The notes under the pieces: model-generated
Databases searched by the model: none
Told to the model about the DNA's origin: nothing
Seen by the model: only the letters and a program-made list of their open reading frames with translations
Source of the DNA: Bacteroidota bacterium
GTDB lineage: Bacteria > Bacteroidota > Bacteroidia > Flavobacteriales_D > Sanyastnellaceae
DNA: 64,000 nt
Assembly (NCBI GenBank): GCA_036339415.1
Contig: JAYZBB010000046.1
Location: 2,937 to 66,936 of the forward strand
Direction: 5' to 3'
Shown here: one piece after another, positions 26,504 through 36,287 of the stretch
Numbering within the stretch: position 1 is the stretch's first letter
How the letters are laid out: each line of letters opens with the position of its first letter
Made by a program: the position numbers and the translations under genes

Positions 26504-27343
26504 ATGGCACATTCACGATTTGATCCCAAGGCGGTGACCGAGCACATTGTGGCTTGGTTGCAGACGTATTTGACCGATTCGGGCATGGATGGTTGGATTG
26601 TCGGTGTGTCAGGAGGGATTGATTCTGCGGTTGCCTCGACGTTGTGTGCATTGACAGGTGCCCCGACCACGTGTGTGGAAATGCCCATTCATCAAGCGCC
26701 AGATCAGGTGAGTCGGGCAGCCGAACACATCTCACATCTCTGCGAAAAACACCCCATGGTCAGACGGTCCACGGTGTCATTGACAGAAGTGTATGACGTG
26801 TTTGCCAACTCGTTGCCAGACGGCCCAGATGAAAGCAGGGGCTTGTCGATGGCGAACTCGCGTGCACGTTTGCGCATGACAACGCTGTATGCTCTGGGTC
26901 AAAGGTCCCGGCTCCTTGTTGCGGGCACTGGCAACAAGGTTGAGGACTTTGGTGTCGGTTTTTACACCAAGTACGGCGACGGTGGTGTGGACGTGTCACC
27001 AATCGCCGATTTGAACAAAACCGAAGTGTTTGCCTTGGCGGCCCATCTCGACGTCATTGAAGCGATTCAAACAGCCGCACCCACGGACGGATTGTGGGGA
27101 GACGACCGCACTGACGAGGATCAACTTGGTGCGAGCTATCCTGAGTTGGAGTGGGCGATGTCTTGGGAGGAGGTTCATTCTGGCCTTTCTTCTGACGCCC
27201 GAGCAAAGGAAAAGGAAGCGTTGACGTGGCGTCAACAAGAAGTCTTGGAAATCTACCGCCGCCATCACGCTGCCAATCGCCACAAAATGGTGCCCATTCC
27301 AGTGTGCACCATCTCCGACGAAGTTCGATTCACTCAGGGCTGA
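26504..27343 (+). CDS. nadE: Ammonia-dependent NAD+ synthetase
   Basis: PP-loop VGVSGGIDSAV, followed by TGNKVEDFGVGFYTKYGDGG and HHAANRHK motifs. Confidence 0.93.
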   Translation: MAHSRFDPKAVTEHIVAWLQTYLTDSGMDGWIVGVSGGIDSAVASTLCALTGAPTTCVEMPIHQAPDQVSRAAEHISHLCEKHPMVRRSTVSLTEVYDVFANSLPDGPDESRGLSMANSRARLRMTTLYALGQRSRLLVAGTGNKVEDFGVGFYTKYGDGGVDVSPIADLNKTEVFALAAHLDVIEAIQTAAPTDGLWGDDRTDEDQLGASYPELEWAMSWEEVHSGLSSDARAKEKEALTWRQQEVLEIYRRHHAANRHKMVPIPVCTISDEVRFTQG

Positions 27344-30312
27344 TTGGCATCGAGGACCGTCAGGGTGGTCGTGGCTTCCCGTTGAAGCTTGCCGTCGTCA
27401 GACATGGTTGCCAAAATGACTGTGTATTCGCCAATGTCCAAGAATGCGTCACCACGGAGCAAGGGGATGTTGAGACGCTGTGCTCCAGAAAGCAAGTCCA
27501 CTTCCCCACAGTCGACGACAAAACTGCTCGCGCGTTGCAATTGATTCAATATTGCCGAGGCACCGCCTCCATGTTGCAACACAGAGTCGGGTGTCTCAGG
27601 CGCGGTGGGAATGAAGCGCAGCTTCAACTGAGCGCGGGAAGGTTCATCTGACCAGACCCAGGTTTCCAATGTCGGGGTTGTGGGTTCTTTCCAATCCCAC
27701 CCACGCTCGTTCCAATCCACCTTCTGGACGACTTCCAGTTGAGTCTGTTCGAAGGAGAGGGAAGCGTCTTTCCAATCATCTTCCCTTGGCTCACGAGACA
27801 GAACGGGACTCAAGTCCAGCACATAGATGCCTCGACCGTGGGTTCCGATGACCAATTCGTTTTCACGTTCTTGGATGACGAGGTCATGGACCGGCACTCG
27901 GGGAAGGTCTTTGTGCAGCATTGAGAAGGACAGACCGTCGTCGGTCGACAAATACGCGCCTCCATCCGTTCCGACAATCCACCAACCTTCGCGGTCGGCG
28001 CTTTCAACCAATGCATTCACAGGTTCATGCGGCAAATGTTGTCCCCAGTGTTCCCAAGTTTGGCCTTCATCTCTTGTTGCATACACCATCGGAGTCAAGC
28101 AATCGTGGCGATAACCGTTGAGGGCGACCACAAGCAATTCGGCGTCATGATGCGACCATGCAACCTCACTCACCCACAGGTGCATCGAGGATGCGCCTTT
28201 TCCAAGCTTGGTCTTCACGGGAAGCGAAAGTTTGCGCCAAGTGTGGCCTCCGTCTTTGGAAACGTGAACGAGGCCATCGTCACTTCCAACGGCCAATCGT
28301 CCAAAATGCTTTGGATGTTCCGACATGGTGGTCAGTGTTCCGAAAGGCACGTTTCCGGCCATCCCTCCTCGGGTCAAGTCGCCGCTGATGACCTCAAAGT
28401 CTCCTCCACCATTCATGGAGCGATGGACTTTGTTTGAAGCCATGTACAAGATGTCTTGTTGGTGTTGACTGAGGAGGATGGGCGTTTGCCAATTCCACCT
28501 CAGGGGCGTTTCGCCGAGCTTGTGTGTCGGATGGAGCGAAGCGCGTTCCCCTGTGGCCTCATCCAAACGCGTGTACCATCCGAACTGCGAGCCTGTGTAA
28601 ATGACGTCGTTCGTGCGTGTGTCCACCTCAATTTGCATCCCATCTCCACCGCTCAGTGAAGTGAAACCATGGTGCCCTGTTTGATGCCATTCTGTGTTTT
28701 CTTCATGGTCGCTGGCGCCCACCCATGTCCCATTGTCTTGCAGTCCGCCAAAAATTCGGTAGGGCTCAGATTCGTCCACTTGCACAGCATAGAATTGTCC
28801 AACAGAGGGGCTGTTGCATTTGACCCAATGAGCTCCTGCGTCCCAGGATACATTGACGCCTCCGTCGTTGCCGTTGACCAAATGGTTGGGGTTGGACGGA
28901 TCCACCCAAAGTTTGTGGTGGTCGACATGCACGTTGGGCGCCCCGATGGAAGCAAAGGAAGCCCCTCCATCCCGAGATTGAAGCAGAGGCACGCCGGCGA
29001 TGTACAGGGTGTTGACATCGGCGGGGTCCACACTCAAGGTCCCGAAGTAATATCCGTACGTGTAGCAAACCTTGTCGAGGGCTTCGTTGTGAGTGCGCAC
29101 CCACGTGCCGATGGTTGAGTCTGTCCCTGTTTCCGTGTTGGCCACTGTCATTCGATACAGTTCTGGACCTGTGATGTCCGCTTCAAACAAGGCTCGGTTG
29201 CCATCGGTCAAATAGTCATAAAGCGCCCTGGGCAACAGGTCTCCCGATGCAACACGCGCTTTCACACTGGAAACGCTGTCGGCAGGATCAAACCCCTCGT
29301 CTTCGAGGAATGCCTTGAGGAGTTCGTTGTCGAGGGCTGCAAATGCGTCGGAGTCCATGTCCAAAAATGCGGTTGCTCTGAGTTTGACCTCGTCAGCGTC
29401 ATCCTCTCTTTTGCGAGGCGCTTGGTTGTCGATGAGGGCATACAACGTCCCCGAGCGACTGTGATAAGCAAGTCCGATTCGCCCAGCATTTTCTCCTTCT
29501 GGGAAATTGCCCCTGCTGGAAATGCGGTTCCACGAAGTTCCCCCGTCAACGGTTTCCCAGATGCCTGTGCCGACTCCTCCTTCGGTGAAGTCATGGGCGC
29601 GGCGCGTGCGGTCCCAAGATGCTGCAATGAGGTGTGATGGGTCCTGGGCATCCATGACCAGATCCACAAAGCCGACCACTTCGTTTGTTCCGTCCGCTGG
29701 CACGGTGAGAACGGTGCGCCAATCTAGACCACCATTGTCGCTGAGGTAGATGGCGCCCCCGCGGTTTGTTGAGTACAGCTCTCCCAGCGCGGCCACCCAA
29801 ATGCGGTTTGGGTTGTTGGGGTCGATGACAACGCGTCCAATGTGGTGGCTTCCTTCGAGTCCGGCATGTCGCCATGTGGCCCCGTGGTCGTCGCTGATGT
29901 AGATCCCGTCCCCTGCGTAGGAGCTTCGAGAGGAGTTCACCTCCCCGGCACCGACCACCACGCGGCCGGATGGGTGGGCATCCACTGCTCCGAGCGTGCA
30001 TGTGGCGTCGAGCAAGGGGGTGAAGGACGTTCCGTGGTTGACACTTTTCCAAAGTCCACCCGTAGCGTACGCCACATACAGGGTGTCTTCAACCACAGCC
30101 ACATCCACCACACGACCTCCCATGACGGAAGGTCCCACATTGCGCAGCATCAATCCACTTGTCCAAGATTTGGATGCAAGTGCTTCGCGCTCTGAAGCGA
30201 CCCCTGCGCGCACCGCAGTTGGGCTTGCCCCCCATGTTTGGGCGTGAGTGACTGTTGCCATGCCCAGCGTCAATGCCATGATTGACAAACGAGAAATGGA
30301 GAATGAAATCAT
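27334..30312 (-). CDS. BNR/Asp-box repeat protein (sortilin/VPS10-like beta-propeller, glycosyl-hydrolase-like)
   Basis: Signal peptide (MALTLGMATVTHAQ) and at least seven SxDxGxTW-type Asp boxes (SDDHGATW, SDNGGLDW, VDGGTSW, SRDGGASF, SKDGGHTW, TRDEGQTW, STDDGLSF). Confidence 0.8.
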   Translation of the reverse strand: MISFSISRLSIMALTLGMATVTHAQTWGASPTAVRAGVASEREALASKSWTSGLMLRNVGPSVMGGRVVDVAVVEDTLYVAYATGGLWKSVNHGTSFTPLLDATCTLGAVDAHPSGRVVVGAGEVNSSRSSYAGDGIYISDDHGATWRHAGLEGSHHIGRVVIDPNNPNRIWVAALGELYSTNRGGAIYLSDNGGLDWRTVLTVPADGTNEVVGFVDLVMDAQDPSHLIAASWDRTRRAHDFTEGGVGTGIWETVDGGTSWNRISSRGNFPEGENAGRIGLAYHSRSGTLYALIDNQAPRKREDDADEVKLRATAFLDMDSDAFAALDNELLKAFLEDEGFDPADSVSSVKARVASGDLLPRALYDYLTDGNRALFEADITGPELYRMTVANTETGTDSTIGTWVRTHNEALDKVCYTYGYYFGTLSVDPADVNTLYIAGVPLLQSRDGGASFASIGAPNVHVDHHKLWVDPSNPNHLVNGNDGGVNVSWDAGAHWVKCNSPSVGQFYAVQVDESEPYRIFGGLQDNGTWVGASDHEENTEWHQTGHHGFTSLSGGDGMQIEVDTRTNDVIYTGSQFGWYTRLDEATGERASLHPTHKLGETPLRWNWQTPILLSQHQQDILYMASNKVHRSMNGGGDFEVISGDLTRGGMAGNVPFGTLTTMSEHPKHFGRLAVGSDDGLVHVSKDGGHTWRKLSLPVKTKLGKGASSMHLWVSEVAWSHHDAELLVVALNGYRHDCLTPMVYATRDEGQTWEHWGQHLPHEPVNALVESADREGWWIVGTDGGAYLSTDDGLSFSMLHKDLPRVPVHDLVIQERENELVIGTHGRGIYVLDLSPVLSREPREDDWKDASLSFEQTQLEVVQKVDWNERGWDWKEPTTPTLETWVWSDEPSRAQLKLRFIPTAPETPDSVLQHGGGASAILNQLQRASSFVVDCGEVDLLSGAQRLNIPLLRGDAFLDIGEYTVILATMSDDGKLQREATTTLTVLDANQP

Positions 30313-30674
30313 GTGAGCTTGGGGTTGTTGCGGTGACGCTCATTGTCGCGTCCGGTCTTTTTGGCCACGTTGTCGGCCAGGGCTTCGGTAAGATCCACAC
30401 CGGTCTGGTTGGCCAGCGCCATCAGAACCCAGAGCACATCGGCCATTTCATCTCCCAGATCTTTGTTTGCGTCGCTGGGCTTTTCACTTTGTTCGCCGAA
30501 CCTCCTGGCGATGATGCTTGCAAGCTCTCCAACTTCTTCCGTCAGGATGGCCAGGTTGGTGAGTTCATTGAAATAACGCACACCCACGGTGGTGATCCAT
30601 TCGTGGACTTGGGTTTGTGCATCCCTCAGGGTAATGTCAGGCACATCGTTGGCCGCAAGGTTGAGTTGACTCAT
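30309..30674 (-). CDS. MazG-like nucleotide pyrophosphohydrolase
   Basis: EEVGELASII and DEMADVLWVLMALAN metal-binding helices. The start was trimmed to ATG 30674, because the listed extension overlaps dtd. The stop overlaps the start of the downstream gene (ATGA). Confidence 0.85.
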   Translation of the reverse strand: MSQLNLAANDVPDITLRDAQTQVHEWITTVGVRYFNELTNLAILTEEVGELASIIARRFGEQSEKPSDANKDLGDEMADVLWVLMALANQTGVDLTEALADNVAKKTGRDNERHRNNPKLT

Positions 30675-30678
30675 TGGA

Positions 30679-31131
30679 TCATTCTTTGTGTTTGGTGTCA
30701 ATCCAAAGGGTGACGGGACCGTCGTTGACCAGATCGACAGCCATGTGGGCCCCAAATTCACCTGTCTCGACGGTGGTTCCTGTGGCCGAGGCACAAGCCA
30801 TGACGAAGTGCTGGTAGAGTTTCTCTGCGTGCTCGGGGTGGGCAGCTCGCATGAAAGACGGTCTGGTGCCTTTTTTGGTTTTGGCGTGGAGCGTGAATTG
30901 GCTGATGACCAAAAGGCGGCCTTGGACCGCGTCAAGGTCGGCGTTCATCTTGCCCTCGACATCGTTGAAGATGCGCAACTTGGCAATCTTGGCGGCGAGC
31001 CAATCGGCGTCTTCAGGGGTGTCCGCGTCCTCCACGCCCACCAAGACACAAAGTCCTTGATTGATGGAGCCTGCCACCTTGTCGTCGACACGGACCGCAG
31101 CCCTGCTCACCCGCTGAATCACCACGCGCAT
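30679..31131 (-). CDS. dtd: D-aminoacyl-tRNA deacylase
   Basis: MRVVIQRVSRAAVRVD...GLCVLVGV...ISQFTL...GxRPSF signature, 150 aa. Confidence 0.95.
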   Translation of the reverse strand: MRVVIQRVSRAAVRVDDKVAGSINQGLCVLVGVEDADTPEDADWLAAKIAKLRIFNDVEGKMNADLDAVQGRLLVISQFTLHAKTKKGTRPSFMRAAHPEHAEKLYQHFVMACASATGTTVETGEFGAHMAVDLVNDGPVTLWIDTKHKE

Positions 31132-31274
31132 GGTGCAAAATACTCACCATGCCAAACGCACCGTGCAACGTTCGTTGAAAACATGGCGAGAAAGGGAGGC
31201 AGTTGGAGCGTCCCACCCAAGACCAAGCTGTATTTTTGGGATCAGAAACAAGACAACCTCTTTTTCCTCCATTC

Positions 31275-33521
31275 ATGAAGGCTTCCATTGCCCCAGCAAC
31301 CCTCGAACAAGCCCAAGACATGGGGCTTCGTCCTGAGGAGTTTGAGCAGATCAAGACCATCCTAGGTCGCACCCCCAACTTCACGGAAATGTGTGTGTAT
31401 TCTGTGATGTGGAGTGAGCACTGTTCCTACAAAAACTCCATCAAGTGGTTGAAAACGCTGCCCAAAGAAGGTCCGCACATGCTGGTGAAAGCAGGTGAAG
31501 AGAACGCAGGCATCGTGGACATCGGCGACGGATTGGGGTGTGCATTCAAGATTGAAAGCCACAATCACCCCTCGGCCATTGAGCCCTATCAAGGCGCGGC
31601 AACCGGGGTGGGCGGCATCAACCGGGACATCTTCACCATGGGAGCCCGCCCCATTGCCCAGTTGAACAGCCTTCGCTTTGGTGATTTGAGCAACCCTCGC
31701 ACCAAGTGGCTGTTGGAAGGGGTGGTGAAAGGCATTGGCGATTACGGCAACAGCTTTGGCGTGCCCATCGTGGGTGGGGAAGTCTTTTTTGATTCGAGTT
31801 ACCAAGTCAATCCACTCGTCAACGCGATGTCAGTAGGCATCCTCGAGGCCGACAAAATCATTTCCGCCACCGCGTCCGGTCCCGGCAATCCGGTTTACAT
31901 CGTGGGTTCGGCCACAGGCAAGGACGGCATCCAAGGTGCTTCGTTTGCCTCCAAGGACATCACAGAGGAGAGTGCAGACGACCTGCCTTCGGTGCAGGTG
32001 GGAGACCCATTCCAAGAAAAGCTGCTGCTTGAAGCCACACTGGAATTGGCCAAAACCACCGCTGTCGTCGGCATGCAGGACATGGGCGCAGCGGGCATCA
32101 CGTGTTCGACGTCTGAAATGAGCGCAGCGGGTGAAGTGGGCATGGACATCCATTTGGATCGCGTGCCCTTACGCCAACAAGACATGGAGCCCTTCGAAAT
32201 TTTGCTCAGTGAATCCCAGGAGCGCATGCTCGTTGTGGTGGCCAAGGGTCAGGAAGACGAAGTGAAGGCCATCTTCGAAAAGTGGGATCTCCATGCCGAG
32301 CACATCGGGGAAGTCACGGAAGGCGAACGCATTCGTTACTTCATGAACGGCGAACTCGTGGGTGACGTGCCTGGGTCGACATTGGTGTTGGGCGGGGGAG
32401 CCCCCGTATACGAGCGTGAGTACCAAGAGCCAGCCTGGTACGCGGAAGCCCAAGCGTTCGACGCAGCGAGTGTGCCTGTACCCACCCTGGAGGAATGCGT
32501 GGACATTGCCCAGCGCATGGTTTGCCTGCCCAACATCGCGTCCAAAAAGTGGGTTTGGGAACAATACGACAGCATGGTGGGCACGATCAACAGGTCGACC
32601 AACCGACCTTCCGATGCCGGGGTGGTGAGTGTACGCGGCACTGACAAAGCGCTTGCCCTGACCGTGGATTGCAATGCGCGCTACGTGGAGGCTGACCCCG
32701 AGGTGGGCACGGCCATCGCAGTGGCTGAAGCCGCGAGAAACATCAGTTGCACCGGCGCCGAGCCGTCAGCCATCACGAACTGCTTGAATTTTGGAAATCC
32801 GTACAACCCAGAAGTGTATTGGCAGTTTGTCGGTGCAATTCAAGGGATGGGTCGTGCATGTCGGCACTTCAACACGCCTGTGACTGGCGGAAATGTCAGC
32901 TTCTACAATCAAACTGCGAACCCTGATGGCAGTGCGCAAGCGGTTTTCCCGACGCCAACCATCGGCATGGTCGGGGTGATGGAAAACCGATCTCACCACA
33001 CGGGGCTCGACTTCAAAGAGAAGGGCGAACTCATTTTTCTGTTGGGAGGATCCAGTGGCTGCATCAATGCCTCGGAGTATCTGGCCAACATTGTGGGGAT
33101 CAACCGCTCGCCTGCGCCTCAATTCGATCTTGAAGAGGAGGGCAAACTTCATGCTTGTTTGAGGGAGGTGTCTCAAAAAGGATTGGCCGCGGCCTCGCAT
33201 GATGTTGCCGATGGTGGACTGTTCGTCACCTTGTTGGAAATGGCGATGCCAAATGGGCTTGGATTTGACATTGTGACCGACGATGAGGTCAGATTGGATG
33301 GTTTCCTTTTTGGCGAAGGTCAAGGCCGTGCCGTGGTGTCCATCCGGGAAGAAGACCAAGATGATTTCTTCGACGTGTGCGAGACCCACGGCAAGCAACC
33401 CATGCTCTTGGGGCACGTGACCAAAGGGAAATTGGTGGTGGACGACAAGCATTTCGGATTCAGTGAAGAATTGCGTGCGTATTACGACAACGCTCTTGAG
33501 GAAATTTTGACGGAAGAGTGA
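31275..33521 (+). CDS. purL: Phosphoribosylformylglycinamidine synthase subunit PurL
   Basis: MWSEHCSYKNS, ESHNHPSAIEPYQGAATGVGG and DMGAAGITCS motifs. The start was trimmed to ATG 31275. Confidence 0.95.
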   Translation: MKASIAPATLEQAQDMGLRPEEFEQIKTILGRTPNFTEMCVYSVMWSEHCSYKNSIKWLKTLPKEGPHMLVKAGEENAGIVDIGDGLGCAFKIESHNHPSAIEPYQGAATGVGGINRDIFTMGARPIAQLNSLRFGDLSNPRTKWLLEGVVKGIGDYGNSFGVPIVGGEVFFDSSYQVNPLVNAMSVGILEADKIISATASGPGNPVYIVGSATGKDGIQGASFASKDITEESADDLPSVQVGDPFQEKLLLEATLELAKTTAVVGMQDMGAAGITCSTSEMSAAGEVGMDIHLDRVPLRQQDMEPFEILLSESQERMLVVVAKGQEDEVKAIFEKWDLHAEHIGEVTEGERIRYFMNGELVGDVPGSTLVLGGGAPVYEREYQEPAWYAEAQAFDAASVPVPTLEECVDIAQRMVCLPNIASKKWVWEQYDSMVGTINRSTNRPSDAGVVSVRGTDKALALTVDCNARYVEADPEVGTAIAVAEAARNISCTGAEPSAITNCLNFGNPYNPEVYWQFVGAIQGMGRACRHFNTPVTGGNVSFYNQTANPDGSAQAVFPTPTIGMVGVMENRSHHTGLDFKEKGELIFLLGGSSGCINASEYLANIVGINRSPAPQFDLEEEGKLHACLREVSQKGLAAASHDVADGGLFVTLLEMAMPNGLGFDIVTDDEVRLDGFLFGEGQGRAVVSIREEDQDDFFDVCETHGKQPMLLGHVTKGKLVVDDKHFGFSEELRAYYDNALEEILTEE

Positions 33522-34267
33522 TGCCAAAAACGTTGTTCAAGCACCTCTTTGGGATCGCCTTGACGTGGGTCGTGGTGTTGCTTGGTACGTTTTTCCTGCT
33601 TCGCTGGTACAGCCAGCCTTCGGCCGAGCGCGAAGTGCCTTCGTTGGAAGGATTGACCAAACAGGAAGCGCAAGCGGCGCTGGAAGCATTGGGTTTGGAA
33701 GCGGTTTGGCAGGATTCAATTTACTCAGCCCAGGGGAAGCCAGGAGCTGTTGTGGAGCAGCATCCGCCCGCAGGCAGCGCGGTCAAGGCCGGGCGCAAGG
33801 TGCTGTTGACGTCTTTTCGAATCACGCCACCAAGTGAAGGCATCGGTGTGGAGGAGGGCCAAGATGCAAAGCTTGCAGAGCGGTTGTTGATCACGCGCGG
33901 CTTTGACGTTGAGGTGCAGGAAGAGGCCAACAGTTTGCTTGCTGGAAAAGTCATTCGGGTCGAGCATGCCGGAGTTACGGTTTCAAACGACGCCAGTTTT
34001 CCCAAAGGCACTTCTCTCAAATTGGTGGTGGGTGTGATTGGAGCCAAAGACGTCCGCGTTCCTTGGTTGATGGGGTTGACAATCAACGACGCCAGAGGCG
34101 TTCTTGCTCGCAGAAATTTGGCCTTGGGCCACGTCGGATATGCCGACGACATTGTCACTGCGCTTGATTCGACGTTGGCGGTGGTCGTTTCTCAGGATGC
34201 ATCACCTGCCGAAGAGCCCTACGTCAAGGAAGGTTCAGCGATCGACCTGTACCTTGGCAAACATTGA
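33521..34267 (+). CDS. Membrane-anchored protein made only of PASTA domains
   Basis: N-terminal transmembrane segment (IALTWVVVLLGTFFLL) followed by three PASTA-like repeats (VPSLEGLTKQEAQAALEALGL..., a degenerate middle copy, and VPWLMGLTINDARGVLARRNL...). The ATG shares one base with the purL stop (TGATG). Confidence 0.8.
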   Translation: MPKTLFKHLFGIALTWVVVLLGTFFLLRWYSQPSAEREVPSLEGLTKQEAQAALEALGLEAVWQDSIYSAQGKPGAVVEQHPPAGSAVKAGRKVLLTSFRITPPSEGIGVEEGQDAKLAERLLITRGFDVEVQEEANSLLAGKVIRVEHAGVTVSNDASFPKGTSLKLVVGVIGAKDVRVPWLMGLTINDARGVLARRNLALGHVGYADDIVTALDSTLAVVVSQDASPAEEPYVKEGSAIDLYLGKH

Positions 34268-34271
34268 AAGC

Positions 34272-36287
34272 ATGGAAGCGATGGGCAAGAAATTGGGCAA
34301 GACTGCGTTGGTCAACACGATGATTCTTTGTTTTGGCATGAAAGCAACTCACCTCGCACGATTGGGCCTTTCCTTTTGGATTGTTGCCTTGACGGTCGTG
34401 GTGGACGCGTCTGGTCAAGAGGTCGAATTGGACCTTCGATCGGTGTTCGTTCCCGTCGCAGGGGAATCTGGAATGCCGTCACTTCGTTCAGGCGGAGGTG
34501 GGGGTGAATTGCCGCCAATGGGGTTGCCATTTGTGGATGACTTCGCTTGGCCTAGTCTGGCCCACGAGGAAGGCGTCGTCACCATCAAGCGCTGGGAGTC
34601 AAGCCCAGTACGACGAACCTTTACCTTGGCCATGGATCCGCCAACATTGGGATGCGCCACGCTCGACGGGTTGGACTACATGGGCAATCCTTACGTCTTG
34701 AATGAGTCCAACGCAGCAGGGTATGCAGACACGCTTACTTCACGCCGGCTGCTTCTTGGCAACAACGTTCCGGGTGACAGTGTGGCTCTGTCGTTTTGGT
34801 ACCAAAGTGGAGGGATTGCCAATGGAGCCGACGCTGGAGAGGACAGTTTGATTGTGGAATTCAAGACGAGCATCGTCGACAGCGATCCTTGGAGGTGGGT
34901 GTGGTCAACGGAAGGCATTGACGACGACACAACATTTCGTTCTGTTGTGATTCCCATCAATGCGACTGAATATTTCCACAACGGTTTCCAGATTCGTTTT
35001 CGCAACTATGGTTCTCTCGAGGGCAATGTCGACACGTGGCACCTCGATTTTGTCAGGGTTGCCGAAGATGGTGGGACCCCGGCCCCCTTGTTCGAGGAGG
35101 TGTCCTTTGTGACGCCGCCGACGAGCATGCTGACCTACCCCTGGACGTCCATGCCTTGGCGCCATTATTCACTGAACCCTGCTGCGTACCTCGCCAATTC
35201 CGTGGTCACCCAACACCGGAGCTTTGGCGACAACGCCAACAGTCAGGAAAACATTGGATTGAAGGTCCAAAGGGTGGATGTCAGTGGCTTGGTGGAAGCC
35301 TACGTGCCCATTGCAGGAAGCATCCCCAACAACTCCGTGCAGGGACTGTTCGAAACCGACTATGTGGCCGACATTGAATTGCCAGAAGTGCTTTTTGAAC
35401 CGGCGGTGAGCGATTCGTTTGCCACGTTCCACGTGTCCATGTGGGAGGATGAAGTGGGTGCAGCCAATTTGACATCCCAATCTGGGGTTCCAGACAATGA
35501 CAGCATCGTTCACGTTCAGGTCTTCCGCGATTACTATGCATACGACGACGGTTCAGCGGAAAAGGCATATGCCTTGGACAGTCAGGGTGGTGGTGGCGAG
35601 CTCGTGGTGGCGTTTGACCTTCAAGATGCGGACACTTTGGAAGGCCTGTGGATTCACTTTGCGCCGTTCTTCGATGACGCCGTGGGTGAAACCTACACAC
35701 TGAAGGTCCGAGGGGAGGATGGGGAAAATCCTGGTCAGCCTGGCAGTGAGCTTGTGACGCAATTCACCATTCACCAACCGGACTACTACGCACACAGTTA
35801 CGACGGATTTACGTACGTTCCTTTCGAGTCCCCCATCCCTGTGGAAGGCCGAATCTATGTGGGATTTGTTCAGCAGGGAGAGGAGCGCATTCACATAGGA
35901 CTTGACAAAAGCACCAACACCAATTTGGACTACGTCTGGTTCAAATTTCCCTCTACCACCTGGACGCCATCTGAAATCCAGGGTTCGTTGATGATTCGCC
36001 CTGTGTTGCGCGCGGGCAAAAATGTTGCCACCTCCACGCGAGAAGTGATGCGCGAGGTCGTGTTGCCACGGTTGTTCCCCAATCCAGGCAGTGGCACTTG
36101 CAGCTGGGAGCTGCTCCACCCGACAACGGTTTCAATCTTTGATTTGTCTGGGCGACGAGTTGCCTATTTCCCCAGCTTGCAACCAGGGCGACATCAGTGG
36201 ACCACGTCCACGCCTGGTGCGTACATGTTCAAAGGGCAATCAACGACTGGGGAGCGTTGGACCCAACGCTGGATTGCCCGTCCATGA
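34272..36287 (+). CDS. Secreted protein of unknown function with a T9SS C-terminal sorting domain
   Basis: The C-terminal ~75 aa (LFPNPGSGTCSWELLHP..VSIFDLSGRRV...GAYMFKG) match the Por-secretion-tail pattern. A hydrophobic signal-like segment follows the Met at 34338, which is an alternative start. Confidence 0.75.
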   Translation: MEAMGKKLGKTALVNTMILCFGMKATHLARLGLSFWIVALTVVVDASGQEVELDLRSVFVPVAGESGMPSLRSGGGGGELPPMGLPFVDDFAWPSLAHEEGVVTIKRWESSPVRRTFTLAMDPPTLGCATLDGLDYMGNPYVLNESNAAGYADTLTSRRLLLGNNVPGDSVALSFWYQSGGIANGADAGEDSLIVEFKTSIVDSDPWRWVWSTEGIDDDTTFRSVVIPINATEYFHNGFQIRFRNYGSLEGNVDTWHLDFVRVAEDGGTPAPLFEEVSFVTPPTSMLTYPWTSMPWRHYSLNPAAYLANSVVTQHRSFGDNANSQENIGLKVQRVDVSGLVEAYVPIAGSIPNNSVQGLFETDYVADIELPEVLFEPAVSDSFATFHVSMWEDEVGAANLTSQSGVPDNDSIVHVQVFRDYYAYDDGSAEKAYALDSQGGGGELVVAFDLQDADTLEGLWIHFAPFFDDAVGETYTLKVRGEDGENPGQPGSELVTQFTIHQPDYYAHSYDGFTYVPFESPIPVEGRIYVGFVQQGEERIHIGLDKSTNTNLDYVWFKFPSTTWTPSEIQGSLMIRPVLRAGKNVATSTREVMREVVLPRLFPNPGSGTCSWELLHPTTVSIFDLSGRRVAYFPSLQPGRHQWTTSTPGAYMFKGQSTTGERWTQRWIARP

